Source: a virus. From it: 64,000 bases of DNA. The position numbers were made by a program, and so were the translations under genes. The first letter of the stretch is position 1; each line of letters starts with the position of its first letter. A model generated the notes under the pieces. The model did no database searches. It was not told where the DNA came from and worked only from the letters and a program-made list of their open reading frames with translations. The stretch is taken from the IMG/VR virus record IMGVR_UViG_3300032677_001293. One strand, given 5' to 3'. Shown in pieces: positions 32,691-42,172 of the stretch.

Positions 32691-33353
32691 ATGCAAGCTA
32701 GATACAGACAAGACTACCCAGGTGAATTTGTAATTACAGAATCTAAGTGGACTGGTGGCAAGAAAAAAGAAAAGCGTGAATGGATTGCTAATCCAGTTAT
32801 CAACCAACACTTGTCTGGTCGTGCGGCTGCCATAGGTACTAATGAAAGTAAATTACAATTTGACTATACAGTATTAGAGCATCATCGCGGTGGATTACTA
32901 GGTTCTAAAAAATTACAAACTTATGGTACAGCAGAAATTGCTCAAGAAATGCGTTTAGATTTTGCTGTTGATTTAGACTACAATAATATTGAACCATTAA
33001 TTGAAAACAAATATACAGAAAATAATATTGTATATACTACAGCTCGCAACTGTATTAAGACTCCGGGTGAGTTTTATTTAATTCCACAAAATCCACATTT
33101 TTGTACTGTAGTATTACCAATTTATCTTGCGGCGTTTGACGGCCACAAGGAAATATATATGATTGGCTACGACAAAGAAACTGATGCTGGACATAATGAT
33201 TGGATTGATCAAGTTACTAGTATAATAAATGCTTATGACAGTACAATTTTTGTCATGGTTGGTAACAAATTAAATATGCCAGATGCTTGGCTATCTTGCC
33301 CCAATACAAAAACTTTAGATTTTAGAGACTTTGTAACTTATTGTGACGTATAA
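32691..33353 (+). CDS. Maf/DUF115-like (sialyltransferase-fold) glycosyltransferase-related protein
   Basis: 'RAAAIGTNES' early and 'YLAAFDGHKEIYMIGYD' late resemble the IGNGxS ... AxxxGxkxIyLxGfD signature. Confidence 0.45.
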   Translation: MQARYRQDYPGEFVITESKWTGGKKKEKREWIANPVINQHLSGRAAAIGTNESKLQFDYTVLEHHRGGLLGSKKLQTYGTAEIAQEMRLDFAVDLDYNNIEPLIENKYTENNIVYTTARNCIKTPGEFYLIPQNPHFCTVVLPIYLAAFDGHKEIYMIGYDKETDAGHNDWIDQVTSIINAYDSTIFVMVGNKLNMPDAWLSCPNTKTLDFRDFVTYCDV

Positions 33354-33775
33354 AGTTGTTGCTGTATAATTGAAATCTTTTGTTGTACGGCAGAAAAATT
33401 TATAGTGCTCCATAGTCCCGGGTGTAGTGGTTTAGGCCAAGTCCCAGAATTGATCCAGGCATAACCCGAATGTTCGTCGTTTAGTCGAGGGTTAAATTCA
33501 TTGTCAACTACAGCAAAAAAAGTATTATATTCAAATCCGCCATCTGCTGATGTAAATTTTTCTAATGGCATCAGCTTAACATATTCAGGCATACTGCCCA
33601 ACTCTTCCTCACACTCACGAACCATGGCAGCCATTATACTTTCTCCCTGTTCAATTTTGCCGCCTGGCAAACCCCAAGAGTCTGGGTGTTTAGGATCGTT
33701 TCTCATCAAATATAAGTAGCGATTAGTAGATTGGGAATAAAACCAAATTCCCACAGCGGCGACAATGTTTGACAT
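33338..33775 (-). CDS. Nudix hydrolase
   Basis: Nudix box GGKIEQGESIMAAMVRECEEELG. Confidence 0.92.
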   Translation of the reverse strand: MSNIVAAVGIWFYSQSTNRYLYLMRNDPKHPDSWGLPGGKIEQGESIMAAMVRECEEELGSMPEYVKLMPLEKFTSADGGFEYNTFFAVVDNEFNPRLNDEHSGYAWINSGTWPKPLHPGLWSTINFSAVQQKISIIQQQLYTSQ

Positions 33776-33790
33776 GATAATATTTTCTGA

Positions 33791-33850
33791 ATAAATAAAG
33801 GTGTAGTTCGCGGGACGGCAATCCCCAACTACTCTAACGCTTAAAGGAGC
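33791..33850 (+). promoter_or_regulatory. Late promoter and stem-loop leader of the HNH gene
   Basis: ATAAATA at 33791; GTAGTT..GGGA-cggcaa-TCCC..AACTAC hairpin at 33803-33832; SD AAGGAG. Confidence 0.55.
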
Positions 33851-33858
33851 AATCAGCT

Positions 33859-34710
33859 ATGTGTACTTATTGCGGCACAAACAACTATCGTAAAATCTAC
33901 AAAAACCATACGGGAACAATTCCTAAAGATTACTTGGGTCGTAGATATGAAATCCACCATATAGATGGTAATCATAATAACAACAACCCAGATAACTTAA
34001 TAGCAGTTACCATTCAAGAGCATTATAATATTCATTATAATCAGGAAGATTGGCCTGCTTGTTTAATAATGGCCAAGCGTATGAAAATATCACCCGAAGA
34101 AACATCTAGGTTGGCAAGCCTAGCTACACAAAAAAGAATAAAAAATGGAACTCATCATTTTCTTGGAGATAAAAATCCAATGAAAATAGCATCTAAGAAT
34201 GGCACTCATCATTTTCTTGGAGGTGAAATACAAAGAGATTTTAATCTTAAACGAGTAGCAGACGGTACACATCCTTTTCTTGGAGGCGAAGTACAACGAA
34301 AAAGCAATCAGGAAAGATTAGCTAACGGAACTCATCATTTGTTAGGGCCAACACATAATCAAAATAAAGTCAAGAATGGTACCCATAATTGGTTGACAAG
34401 GGCAGATGGATCTAGTGTATCGGCAGATAGAGTTAAAGCAGGGACACATAATTGGGGAGGCCCTGAGTTTAATCTTAACCGGGTAGCGAACGGTACGCAT
34501 CCTTTTATGAAAAGACCAGATGGCTCTAGTTATCAATCAGACAAAGTAAAAGCAGGAACACATCATTTATTAGGCGGTGCTGTTACCCGTAAACAATTAG
34601 AAGATGGCACTCATCCTTCGTGTAATAAAATATCTTGTATTTTTTGTAAAAAAACTGTATCAGCTGGAATGTTTAAACGATGGCACGGTGATAACTGTCG
34701 TACTATATAA
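33859..34710 (+). mobile_element. Free-standing HNH homing endonuclease with a GTH repeat array
   Basis: EIHHIDGNHNNNNPDNL..VT.QEHY.IH is an HNH motif; nine 'GTH' repeats and a C-terminal CxxC...RWH. It is inserted antisense between gp15 and the Nudix gene. Confidence 0.85.
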
Positions 34711-36103
34711 TAAGCGACCACTCGCCTCCGGCGTAGAGGCCCTGATATGATTTAACCCATCCATGACCAATCCACTTGTACTGGATTTCTGTAACTATGT
34801 TTGTGCAATATTGAATATTATTAGGACTTGATTGACTGTCAAAAGAAACTACCCACTGACCACCGTCATATTGAATAATATCATTTGGGTATGCTACTAA
34901 TACTTGTCCGCTGGTACCTAGCCATGCTTGTGCGTAACCATTATCGCTACCTGTACTTTCAGTTAGCAAATACCGCTGACCTACAGCAGCGTCCGGCAAT
35001 CCTTGTCCGGGCCCACTGGCTCTAGGATTAATAACAGAATTAACTGGTGGCAATGTATTAGGCGGAATAGATTCTTCTAATACAGAAAACAATAAGAATT
35101 GGTCATTAGTAGGATCAAACGCCACAGTACCATAAACTTGACTACTGTCTTCTTGTGTAAGTGCTATCATACTAATACCTGGGCGGAGTGTTCCGTACAT
35201 ATTGATCACAGGAGTCCATTCTAAGTTACTAGGCTCCACAGGATCTGGCGGGGGCAATTCATTATTAGTCTCGTCCACTACAGCAGAGCGAGCTAAAATT
35301 TGTAATTTATTGCCGATCAATACCACTTGATATCCGTAAGGAGTAATATATTGACGAGTACCTAATAACAAATCATTATTTCTAATAGCATTAACCATGT
35401 CGCCGGATCCGTCATAGATACTAGCAATAATAGTTTCAACAACGCCAAGTTTCTTAACTTTAGCAGGCAATGACAACCATACAGGTAAGGCAAATTTAAC
35501 AGTAGCAATATCAATAGGATCTTCGGTGCCCATAGGAATACTACGGCTACTCCAACCAGTACTTACTAATTCAACAATACTTAAACTAGTCCAATCCATA
35601 AAACTATCTGAACTTTGTATTTCTAAACTAGGATTAAACAATGGTAATATTTGTTCTAATAACTGCATTTTTTGATTAGTGTTACTAGTCCAAATATCTA
35701 AGTTAATGGATAACTTATATGGTGCTGGCATATAACGCTCAACTTGAAACGCATTGCCCTGTGTAGTTTCGTAAGTTCCTGTAGCAGAATCATACTCGCG
35801 CTGACGAATAGATTTGTTATCTACATAAGTTGGATTTTGCATACGAGGACGGTCAAAGTCTAACCCAGTAATATAAAAAGTCATTAATGGTGTACTTGGC
35901 ATATTACTAGCACTATTTTCTTGTAAAATAGTTTGTACTTGTCTAGAGCTATCGCCATAACGAACTGGAACACGATATAATGTATCGCCTGTGTTAGCGG
36001 CTCCGGCCTCATTGCGACCAAACTCTACTTGGAAGCCTGAAAACATACGGGCAAATTGAATCAAATAGCGGCGTATTTGTTCGTCGAAAAAATATGATTG
36101 AAT
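34703..36103 (-). CDS. Tail sheath stabilizer/terminator (T4 gp15-like); probable AUU start
   Basis: VPVRYGD...PAPYKLSINLDIWTSNTNQKMQLLEQILPLFNP. The frame extends to ATT-CAA-TCA-TAT-TTT-TTC-GAC-GAA-CAA (IQSYFFDEQIRRY) with SD GGAG 6 nt upstream. Confidence 0.8.
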   Translation of the reverse strand: MQSYFFDEQIRRYLIQFARMFSGFQVEFGRNEAGAANTGDTLYRVPVRYGDSSRQVQTILQENSASNMPSTPLMTFYITGLDFDRPRMQNPTYVDNKSIRQREYDSATGTYETTQGNAFQVERYMPAPYKLSINLDIWTSNTNQKMQLLEQILPLFNPSLEIQSSDSFMDWTSLSIVELVSTGWSSRSIPMGTEDPIDIATVKFALPVWLSLPAKVKKLGVVETIIASIYDGSGDMVNAIRNNDLLLGTRQYITPYGYQVVLIGNKLQILARSAVVDETNNELPPPDPVEPSNLEWTPVINMYGTLRPGISMIALTQEDSSQVYGTVAFDPTNDQFLLFSVLEESIPPNTLPPVNSVINPRASGPGQGLPDAAVGQRYLLTESTGSDNGYAQAWLGTSGQVLVAYPNDIIQYDGGQWVVSFDSQSSPNNIQYCTNIVTEIQYKWIGHGWVKSYQGLYAGGEWSLII

Positions 36104-36105
36104 AA

Positions 36106-37458
36106 TTATCTCCCTGGTGGTCTTGGTTTAGGTGGCAAATTACCGCCTTCGTTACCATTATCGGCTTGCGGTTTAAGCAATTCAGATAATGACTGACGAC
36201 TTGGTATATTACCTTGATCTGATGTTGATACAGTATATGTATTGTTAACAAAGGAACTACGCTGTGTTAAGTTATTAGCACCCCAATCTAAAGGTGTGCG
36301 TACATCGTCGGATATAGCTTTCCAACCAGCGCCGTTGTAACGGAATAATCGATTTGGGAAATAATCTAAACGCAAGCAATAATCTCCTGATGTTGGGTTT
36401 ACTGGAAACGAAACGCCTGGTGTAACAGGCAATCCGTTTGGCGCCATCTGGTCGCCAGTTAAGTAGCCCATGGTGTAACCAAACGACTTTGGACTTTCAC
36501 CGTCGCCTTGTTGTGCCCCGTCTACTGTTGGGCCTGTTTGACTAGCATTTAATCCTTCGCTACTAGGTTCGCCTTCTGGAGTAGTAGGTAAAATATAAAA
36601 TGAAACATTGTCGTAACCACTAAGTGGTACATCAACATTGGCTTGTACAACTAACGCATCATTAATTTGTAAATCTTTATTACGGGTAGAATTAACATCA
36701 CCCATAGTGGTTGGCTTTTCAATTAATGCCCAGTAGTTAGGATCTGTAATATCGGTTCCTGGTGGAACATTAGCTTTAGCTTCGTAATAATATTCGCCTG
36801 ATTTAACAATATCACCGCGAGGATAATAATTTCCATTGTCCCAAATATTATCAGGCATGAATGGCTGATTAATAATTTGCTGATATTCTTGTGCGTTAAC
36901 CATTGGTGTAGCTTTAACCCGCCACAAGTGCGGTAACCAAGTTTGAGAAAAGCCTTCTGCGGCAAATGCGGCATCTTGAATAACATAATATTTAGGCAAT
37001 GCTCTTGTAATGTTACTATTCAATGGATAGTAATCTTTCATGTTGGGCATTTCAAGTACATCGCCAGCCATTAATTTACGGCCATAAGTGTCGATCATAT
37101 CATTGTAATGGAATGTAATATACAATGTATCGTTGTTTAGGAACAATCCAAATTGAGTTAAATCAAAGTTGATGTCGTTGTGAGTATAAACGCCACGCAT
37201 AATATAAACATCAGGATCATACGCACGGTCACGATTTTCTAATAGTAGCAAATCCTCGATAAACAATGGATTTTCTGAATTATAAACAGGTAGTGTAGCG
37301 TCAGCATTTCCTGGATTATCTGTAGTATCTACGATTGGGCCCATATACTTGTGGACAAAAATGTCCAGCCCGCCAACGGTGTAGCGTTCAGAAATTGTAC
37401 GATCCAAGAATTGATAATCGTTGGTTCTATTAGGGCGGTATAGTGATAAGCGTGGCAT
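36106..37458 (-). CDS. Neck protein (T4 gp14-like) with an inserted CBM5/12-like module
   Basis: 'DLTQFGLFL.NDTLYITFH...GDVLEMP' core; adjacent to gp15 and near gp13. Confidence 0.7.
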   Translation of the reverse strand: MPRLSLYRPNRTNDYQFLDRTISERYTVGGLDIFVHKYMGPIVDTTDNPGNADATLPVYNSENPLFIEDLLLLENRDRAYDPDVYIMRGVYTHNDINFDLTQFGLFLNNDTLYITFHYNDMIDTYGRKLMAGDVLEMPNMKDYYPLNSNITRALPKYYVIQDAAFAAEGFSQTWLPHLWRVKATPMVNAQEYQQIINQPFMPDNIWDNGNYYPRGDIVKSGEYYYEAKANVPPGTDITDPNYWALIEKPTTMGDVNSTRNKDLQINDALVVQANVDVPLSGYDNVSFYILPTTPEGEPSSEGLNASQTGPTVDGAQQGDGESPKSFGYTMGYLTGDQMAPNGLPVTPGVSFPVNPTSGDYCLRLDYFPNRLFRYNGAGWKAISDDVRTPLDWGANNLTQRSSFVNNTYTVSTSDQGNIPSRQSLSELLKPQADNGNEGGNLPPKPRPPGR

Positions 37459-37482
37459 AACAAGTATTTAGCTTTCAAAAGG

Positions 37483-37511
37483 TTGACTAGTAATTCCAAA
37501 TATCATATAAT
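37483..37511 (+). promoter_or_regulatory. Sigma70-type early promoter
   Basis: TTGACT-17 nt-TATAAT. Confidence 0.8.
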
Positions 37512-37518
37512 TAGTGTT

Positions 37519-37770
37519 ATGGATGATATATTAGACAGGGTAAATCAAGCAGAATTAAAGATTTCTACCATAAAAAGTAAGGTAGCTTACAGAGATTTAC
37601 GAAAAATGCTAGCAGGGGTTGATAAGATTATGACTGAAATTAGCAAGGAATCGGTTGAATGTAGACGCAATAAAAAGGACTCGCCAAAATATAAAGATTT
37701 GATAAATCAAGCTAATTTACTATTAGATAATTTAGAACAACATATTACCTTTGCGGCACTAATAGGTTGA
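37519..37770 (+). CDS. Hypothetical early protein (helical)
   Basis: The ATG lies 7 nt after the -10 box; the TTG start in the ORF track is the -35 box itself. Confidence 0.65.
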   Translation: MDDILDRVNQAELKISTIKSKVAYRDLRKMLAGVDKIMTEISKESVECRRNKKDSPKYKDLINQANLLLDNLEQHITFAALIG

Positions 37771-37795
37771 CATTACTTAACTAAGAATATACACT
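37767..37795 (+). promoter_or_regulatory. Sigma70-type early promoter
   Basis: TTGACA-17 nt-TACACT. Confidence 0.75.
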
Positions 37796-37804
37796 ACTAA
37801 GACT

Positions 37805-38950
37805 ATGGCAAAAAACGAAATTACAATTAAGAGATTAAACCCCAAGGGTGCTGAAACCAAATATGTTGGCTTTGAACCAGAATGGCGAGTACAGCCAGAC
37901 GATACTAATCGTATTAGTTCACTAGCCAATGCGTTCCAATGGTACAATTATCATTATGGTAAAAAAGATGCTAAAGACATGATTGCTATGTATTTAGAAA
38001 TTAATAATCGCAAACCTGATGCTAAATTAATTCGTGGAATTCCAGATAGTCAAATTCGTGTAACGCCAGCGTGGGTGTGCCGCATGAGTGTAATGGGACT
38101 TATTCTTAACGAACATGAGCAATGTATTTTAGATGAGCAAATTTCTTTAATGCTCAAATCTAAACAGGAAGTTAAAAAAGCAGCTGCCACAGACGGTGAA
38201 GTAGCCCAACAAAAATTAACAATTCAAGACCATCTCCGTGAAAAGGCAAGTGAGTGCGCTGGGGAACTTGAAGGAATGTTTGATGACTTTATTGTAGCCG
38301 GAGCAAAAATGTCAGCAGACTTTAAACCTATCGCATTAATTCGCGGTATGAATATCTCTCCGCAAATGATTCCTAATCTTACAGCAGTTTGGGATTTAAG
38401 ACTTGCTGAATTTAATGAAGTATTAACTGGCGAAGACGAACAATTAGTAGAAGGATATAGCCACTTATCCAAGGCACAATTAAAACAATGCGTTAAATTC
38501 TGTGAAACAGTATTAGCAGATTGCTCGAGCTATATTTCAATTAAGAAAGTAGAACGCAAGCCTCGTGCTAAGAAAGCAGTAAGCCCAGAAACTCAAGCTC
38601 GTAAATTTAAGTACCTTAAAGAATTTACAGAACTTAATCTTAAATCTGAAAATCCAGCAAAACTTGTTGGCGCAAGCGAAGCATGGTTATATGATACAGC
38701 AAAACGCAAGCTAATTCATGTAATGGCCGACGCACACTTGGGTACATTTGCAGTAAAAGGTTCCGCTATTATTGCTTTTGATGCTTTAACAACTGTACAG
38801 AAAACTTTACGCAAACCAGCTGAACAAATCAAAGCAGTTATGTCGGGCGGAAAACCAGCAATGCGTAAATCGTTTGGGGATATTAAGGCTACAGAAACCA
38901 AGTTTACGGGCCGGGGCAACGAGAATATAATCATTCTAAAGGCTTGGTGA
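37805..38950 (+). CDS. Hypothetical phage protein
   Basis: 381-aa ORF with normal codon usage and a basic C-terminal domain (KTLRKPAEQ...GRGNENIIIL). Confidence 0.7.
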   Translation: MAKNEITIKRLNPKGAETKYVGFEPEWRVQPDDTNRISSLANAFQWYNYHYGKKDAKDMIAMYLEINNRKPDAKLIRGIPDSQIRVTPAWVCRMSVMGLILNEHEQCILDEQISLMLKSKQEVKKAAATDGEVAQQKLTIQDHLREKASECAGELEGMFDDFIVAGAKMSADFKPIALIRGMNISPQMIPNLTAVWDLRLAEFNEVLTGEDEQLVEGYSHLSKAQLKQCVKFCETVLADCSSYISIKKVERKPRAKKAVSPETQARKFKYLKEFTELNLKSENPAKLVGASEAWLYDTAKRKLIHVMADAHLGTFAVKGSAIIAFDALTTVQKTLRKPAEQIKAVMSGGKPAMRKSFGDIKATETKFTGRGNENIIILKAW

Positions 38951-38956
38951 AAATGC

Positions 38957-38983
38957 TAAATATATGGACACGGAGTCCATATG
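38957..38983 (+). promoter_or_regulatory. Late promoter overlapping an RBS-sequestering hairpin
   Basis: TAAATA at 38957-38962; ATATGGAC-acgga-GTCCATAT spans the SD and the AT of the start codon. Confidence 0.7.
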
Positions 38984-39751
38984 GCATTGCAATCTGAATC
39001 TACATTAGAAACATTAAAACAAAATTTAATTGAATATGTTCGCCTTCAATTAGGCGATCAAATGATTGATATTGAGCTAGATGCGGCTCATTACGAATCA
39101 GCATATCGTAACGCAATCGGCACATATCGTCAACGAGCACAAAACGCTTATGAAGAAAGTTATACCTTCATGGAGCTCGTAACTAATGTAAATATCTACG
39201 ATTTGCCAGAAGAAGTTATTCAAGTTCGTCAAATTTTTCGCAGAACTTTTGGCGATTCAACCGGCCCGTATGCCTCCAATTTTGACCCATTCTCTCAAGC
39301 AACATTAAATGTTTATTTGATGAACTTTAATGTGGCTGGCGGACTTGCTACATACGATTTTTACTCACAGTATGTCGAACTTGCTGGCCGTATGTTTGGT
39401 GCTTACATGAACTATACATGGAATCCAGTTACTAAAAAACTACAATTAATTCGTGATCCTAAGGGAGTAGGCGAAAATGTATTACTTTGGACTTACAACT
39501 TAAAGCCAGAAGTAAATTTACTCTCTGACTATCAAATTCGTCAGTGGATTCGTAATTTTATGCATGCCAATTGTAAAGTAATAATTGGTGAAGCTCGCGA
39601 AAAATTTGCGTCAATATCCGGCCCGCAAGGCCCAACTTCCTTAAATGGAGCCGCAATGAAGGCCGAAGGTACAGCATTAATGCAACAATGTATCGAAGAT
39701 TTGAAAAACTATGTTGATGGCAGCCAGCCGCTCACATGGGTGATAGGCTGA
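38981..39751 (+). CDS. Neck/head-tail adaptor protein (T4 gp13-like)
   Basis: 'LIEYVRLQLGDQMIDIELD' and 'IIGEAREKF..I.GP.G..SLNG' match gp13-type neck proteins. Confidence 0.8.
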   Translation: MALQSESTLETLKQNLIEYVRLQLGDQMIDIELDAAHYESAYRNAIGTYRQRAQNAYEESYTFMELVTNVNIYDLPEEVIQVRQIFRRTFGDSTGPYASNFDPFSQATLNVYLMNFNVAGGLATYDFYSQYVELAGRMFGAYMNYTWNPVTKKLQLIRDPKGVGENVLLWTYNLKPEVNLLSDYQIRQWIRNFMHANCKVIIGEAREKFASISGPQGPTSLNGAAMKAEGTALMQQCIEDLKNYVDGSQPLTWVIG

Positions 39752-39802
39752 TTGGATAGATTGAGATTGACTTGGATTATAGGATAGTGTATAAATAGTA
39801 GT

Positions 39803-40624
39803 ATGAAATCTATACTACAAGACATTATTGTCAACGATACAAGCTACAACAAATCTGCTACCAAAATGCTCAAAAAGACTCATCCTGAGTTATGGGCAGA
39901 TATACTAAACGCTACATCGTTTCTACCTGCTACCGCAAAACCTAAGCAACGTATTTGGCACGTATTAAATAACACATATGAAATACCCCTCTGTCCAGAA
40001 ATAGGTATTGAGGTAAAGTGGCACGAGAATAGATATCTTACCTACTCATCATTGCAAGCAAGTAGAAAAGATGTAGCAAAAAAACTGAGCAAAACTATTG
40101 CAGGCGATAATCATTGGCGTAGCAAAGATCCTAAAAAAGCCAAAAAAGCAAATAAAAAATATTCTAATGGCTATACTACTGGTAGAATTATTGTAGATCG
40201 TTCTAAACGAGATACCGAATCAATACTTGAAAAAACAAAGAGTACCTGGCTTAAAAAATACGGTGTAGATAATCCAAGTAAAGACAAAGCAGTCCAAGAA
40301 AAAATATACCAAAAAGCAGTAGAGCGTGGCTGTACTCCTCGAGAGGAAAGGTCGTTGCGCCGCATATACTATGACGCTGTGTGGCGGATTACCGAGGAAA
40401 GCTGGCGTGATCATTTTGATGACATAAACCCCACTAGATTGAACCGAAGCCATAATGCATTGGACCATATCTACAGCATCCAGCAAGGTTTTCGAGAATC
40501 GATACCACCTTATATCATAGGGCATTATACTAATCTTCGTGTTATTGGATTGAGCGAAAACGGTATAAAAGGCATGCGCTGCGACAAGTCCAGAGACCAA
40601 TTATTTGACGATTTCTTTGGTTAA
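39803..40624 (+). mobile_element. Putative homing endonuclease (HNH-like C-terminus)
   Basis: 'KKYGVDNPSK' repeat-type motif; C-terminal 'ALDHIYSI..GF...NLRVI...EN..K'. Confidence 0.55.
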
Positions 40625-40631
40625 ACTCCTA

Positions 40632-40660
40632 TTGTAATCTAGTCTAAATCGTGCTATACT
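40632..40660 (+). promoter_or_regulatory. Sigma70-type promoter with extended -10
   Basis: TTGTAA-17 nt-TATACT with TG at the extended -10 position; the ATG is 6 nt downstream. Confidence 0.65.
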
Positions 40661-40666
40661 TACAGT

Positions 40667-41191
40667 ATGGCACAACATATAATGATAGACATAGAAGGGT
40701 TGGCAACGACCCCAGACGCTACGATTTTGACAATCGCAGCACAATCTTTTGACCCATTTGGTAGTGGCTACGGAGCGAATAGTTTTTATGCCAGGGTTAC
40801 ATTAGAAAGCCAAGAAGACAGAGTTATTACTGAAGATACAATAAATTGGTGGGCTACTCAGCCGGAAGCATCCGCAGAAGCATTTGCTGAAGATAACAGA
40901 ATTTCATTAGGTGATGCGTTAGAAGGATTACACAAGATTTGCTGGCACGCCGACTTTGTTTGGGCCAACGGTCCAACTTATGACATGAACATTCTTGAAC
41001 ACGCTTACAAATCTTTAGGCAAAGTTCAACCTTGGCAGTTTTATAAAGTACGAGATGCCCGTACAATTTACTCTTTGTGGCCCGACTGTCCTCGCCCGCC
41101 AACAGAACATCACGCATTACAAGACTGCAAACGACAAATAGATATGCTTCAAGCAACATTCAAGCATCTTGGCATTACTGCCATTAAGTAA
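40667..41191 (+). CDS. DEDDh 3'-5' exonuclease (DexA/RNase AS-like)
   Basis: MIDIEGL, WANGPTYD, RDART and HHALQD motifs. Confidence 0.85.
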   Translation: MAQHIMIDIEGLATTPDATILTIAAQSFDPFGSGYGANSFYARVTLESQEDRVITEDTINWWATQPEASAEAFAEDNRISLGDALEGLHKICWHADFVWANGPTYDMNILEHAYKSLGKVQPWQFYKVRDARTIYSLWPDCPRPPTEHHALQDCKRQIDMLQATFKHLGITAIK

Positions 41192-41211
41192 TTTAACAAA
41201 AAGGACGCATT

Positions 41212-41880
41212 ATGATTATTGGAATTTGTGGATTAATTGGATCAGGCAAAGACACTATTGCTGATTACTTACAAAATATACATCAATTCCGACGAGAATC
41301 ATTTGCTCATACACTTAAAGATGCTGTAGCTAGTATATTTGGATGGGACCGCGAATTGCTTGAAGGTCGTACACGCGAAAGTCGTGAATGGCGTGAACAA
41401 GTAGATCCATGGTGGGCAGAACGCTTGGGTATTCCTGGTTTGACACCACGCTATGTACTACAATTTTGGGGCACCGAAGTAGCAAGAAAAGCGTTCCATG
41501 ACGATATTTGGATTGCGGCATTGGAAAATAAATTAAGAAAAACCCATGATGATATTGTAATTTCTGACTGTCGTTTTCCTAATGAAATTAAAGCTATTAA
41601 AAAATCTGGTGGCATAGTAATAAGAGTTACTCGTGGGTCTGAACCCGAATGGTTTAAGCTAGCAGAAATAGTAAACCGCGGGCCTGAACGAAATTTAACT
41701 TGGTCAACTAGTAAAGAAAAGTTATCACACTTTAATATTCATGCTAGCGAAACAGCGTGGATCGGCACTGATTTTGACGCTATTATTGATAATAATGCCG
41801 ATGGGTTAGACAATTTGTATAAACAAGTTAAGAATCTGGTTCAAGATCTCCAGACTTCCACGGAAGATCAGCCTTCTTAA
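41212..41880 (+). CDS. Deoxynucleoside monophosphate kinase (T4 gp1-like)
   Basis: P-loop GLIGSGKDT, PRYVLQFWGTE, ISDCRFPNE and HASE motifs. Confidence 0.9.
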   Translation: MIIGICGLIGSGKDTIADYLQNIHQFRRESFAHTLKDAVASIFGWDRELLEGRTRESREWREQVDPWWAERLGIPGLTPRYVLQFWGTEVARKAFHDDIWIAALENKLRKTHDDIVISDCRFPNEIKAIKKSGGIVIRVTRGSEPEWFKLAEIVNRGPERNLTWSTSKEKLSHFNIHASETAWIGTDFDAIIDNNADGLDNLYKQVKNLVQDLQTSTEDQPS

Positions 41881-42172
41881 CATCTACTACACAGTTCAAG
41901 CATATAGTTTTTAAGTTACGAACGCTACTATTATTTAGATTTCCATCTATATGATATACTAGTAATTGTGCGGCCCATCTAGCTCTAAAACCGCAACGGT
42001 CGCATACATTTTTCTTTTTATAACCGCTAAGTTCCCAGCGTGGAGTTTGCGGTTTTTCTTTTCTTTTCTTACGAATACACAAGCTACACTTACTGCGATA
42101 ATAAATTTTATCGTTTCTGTGGTAGGCAACGGCTCTAGGGCGTTGATTACAAGCTGGACATACGGGGCGCAT
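41828..42172 (-). CDS. Small Zn-binding HNH-family protein
   Basis: Several CxxC pairs and HIDGNLNNSSVRNLKTICLNC; its own TAAATA lies 5 nt upstream. Confidence 0.7.
   Translation of the reverse strand: MRPVCPACNQRPRAVAYHRNDKIYYRSKCSLCIRKKRKEKPQTPRWELSGYKKKNVCDRCGFRARWAAQLLVYHIDGNLNNSSVRNLKTICLNCVVDVKKADLPWKSGDLEPDS

Noticed and set aside
37483-37518. TTG start and N-terminal extension of ORF 37483 (likewise the TTG starts at 62602 and 2033)
   Set aside because: These TTGs fall in promoter sequence or in the upstream gene; downstream ATGs (37519, 62647, 2027) fit the expression signals better.
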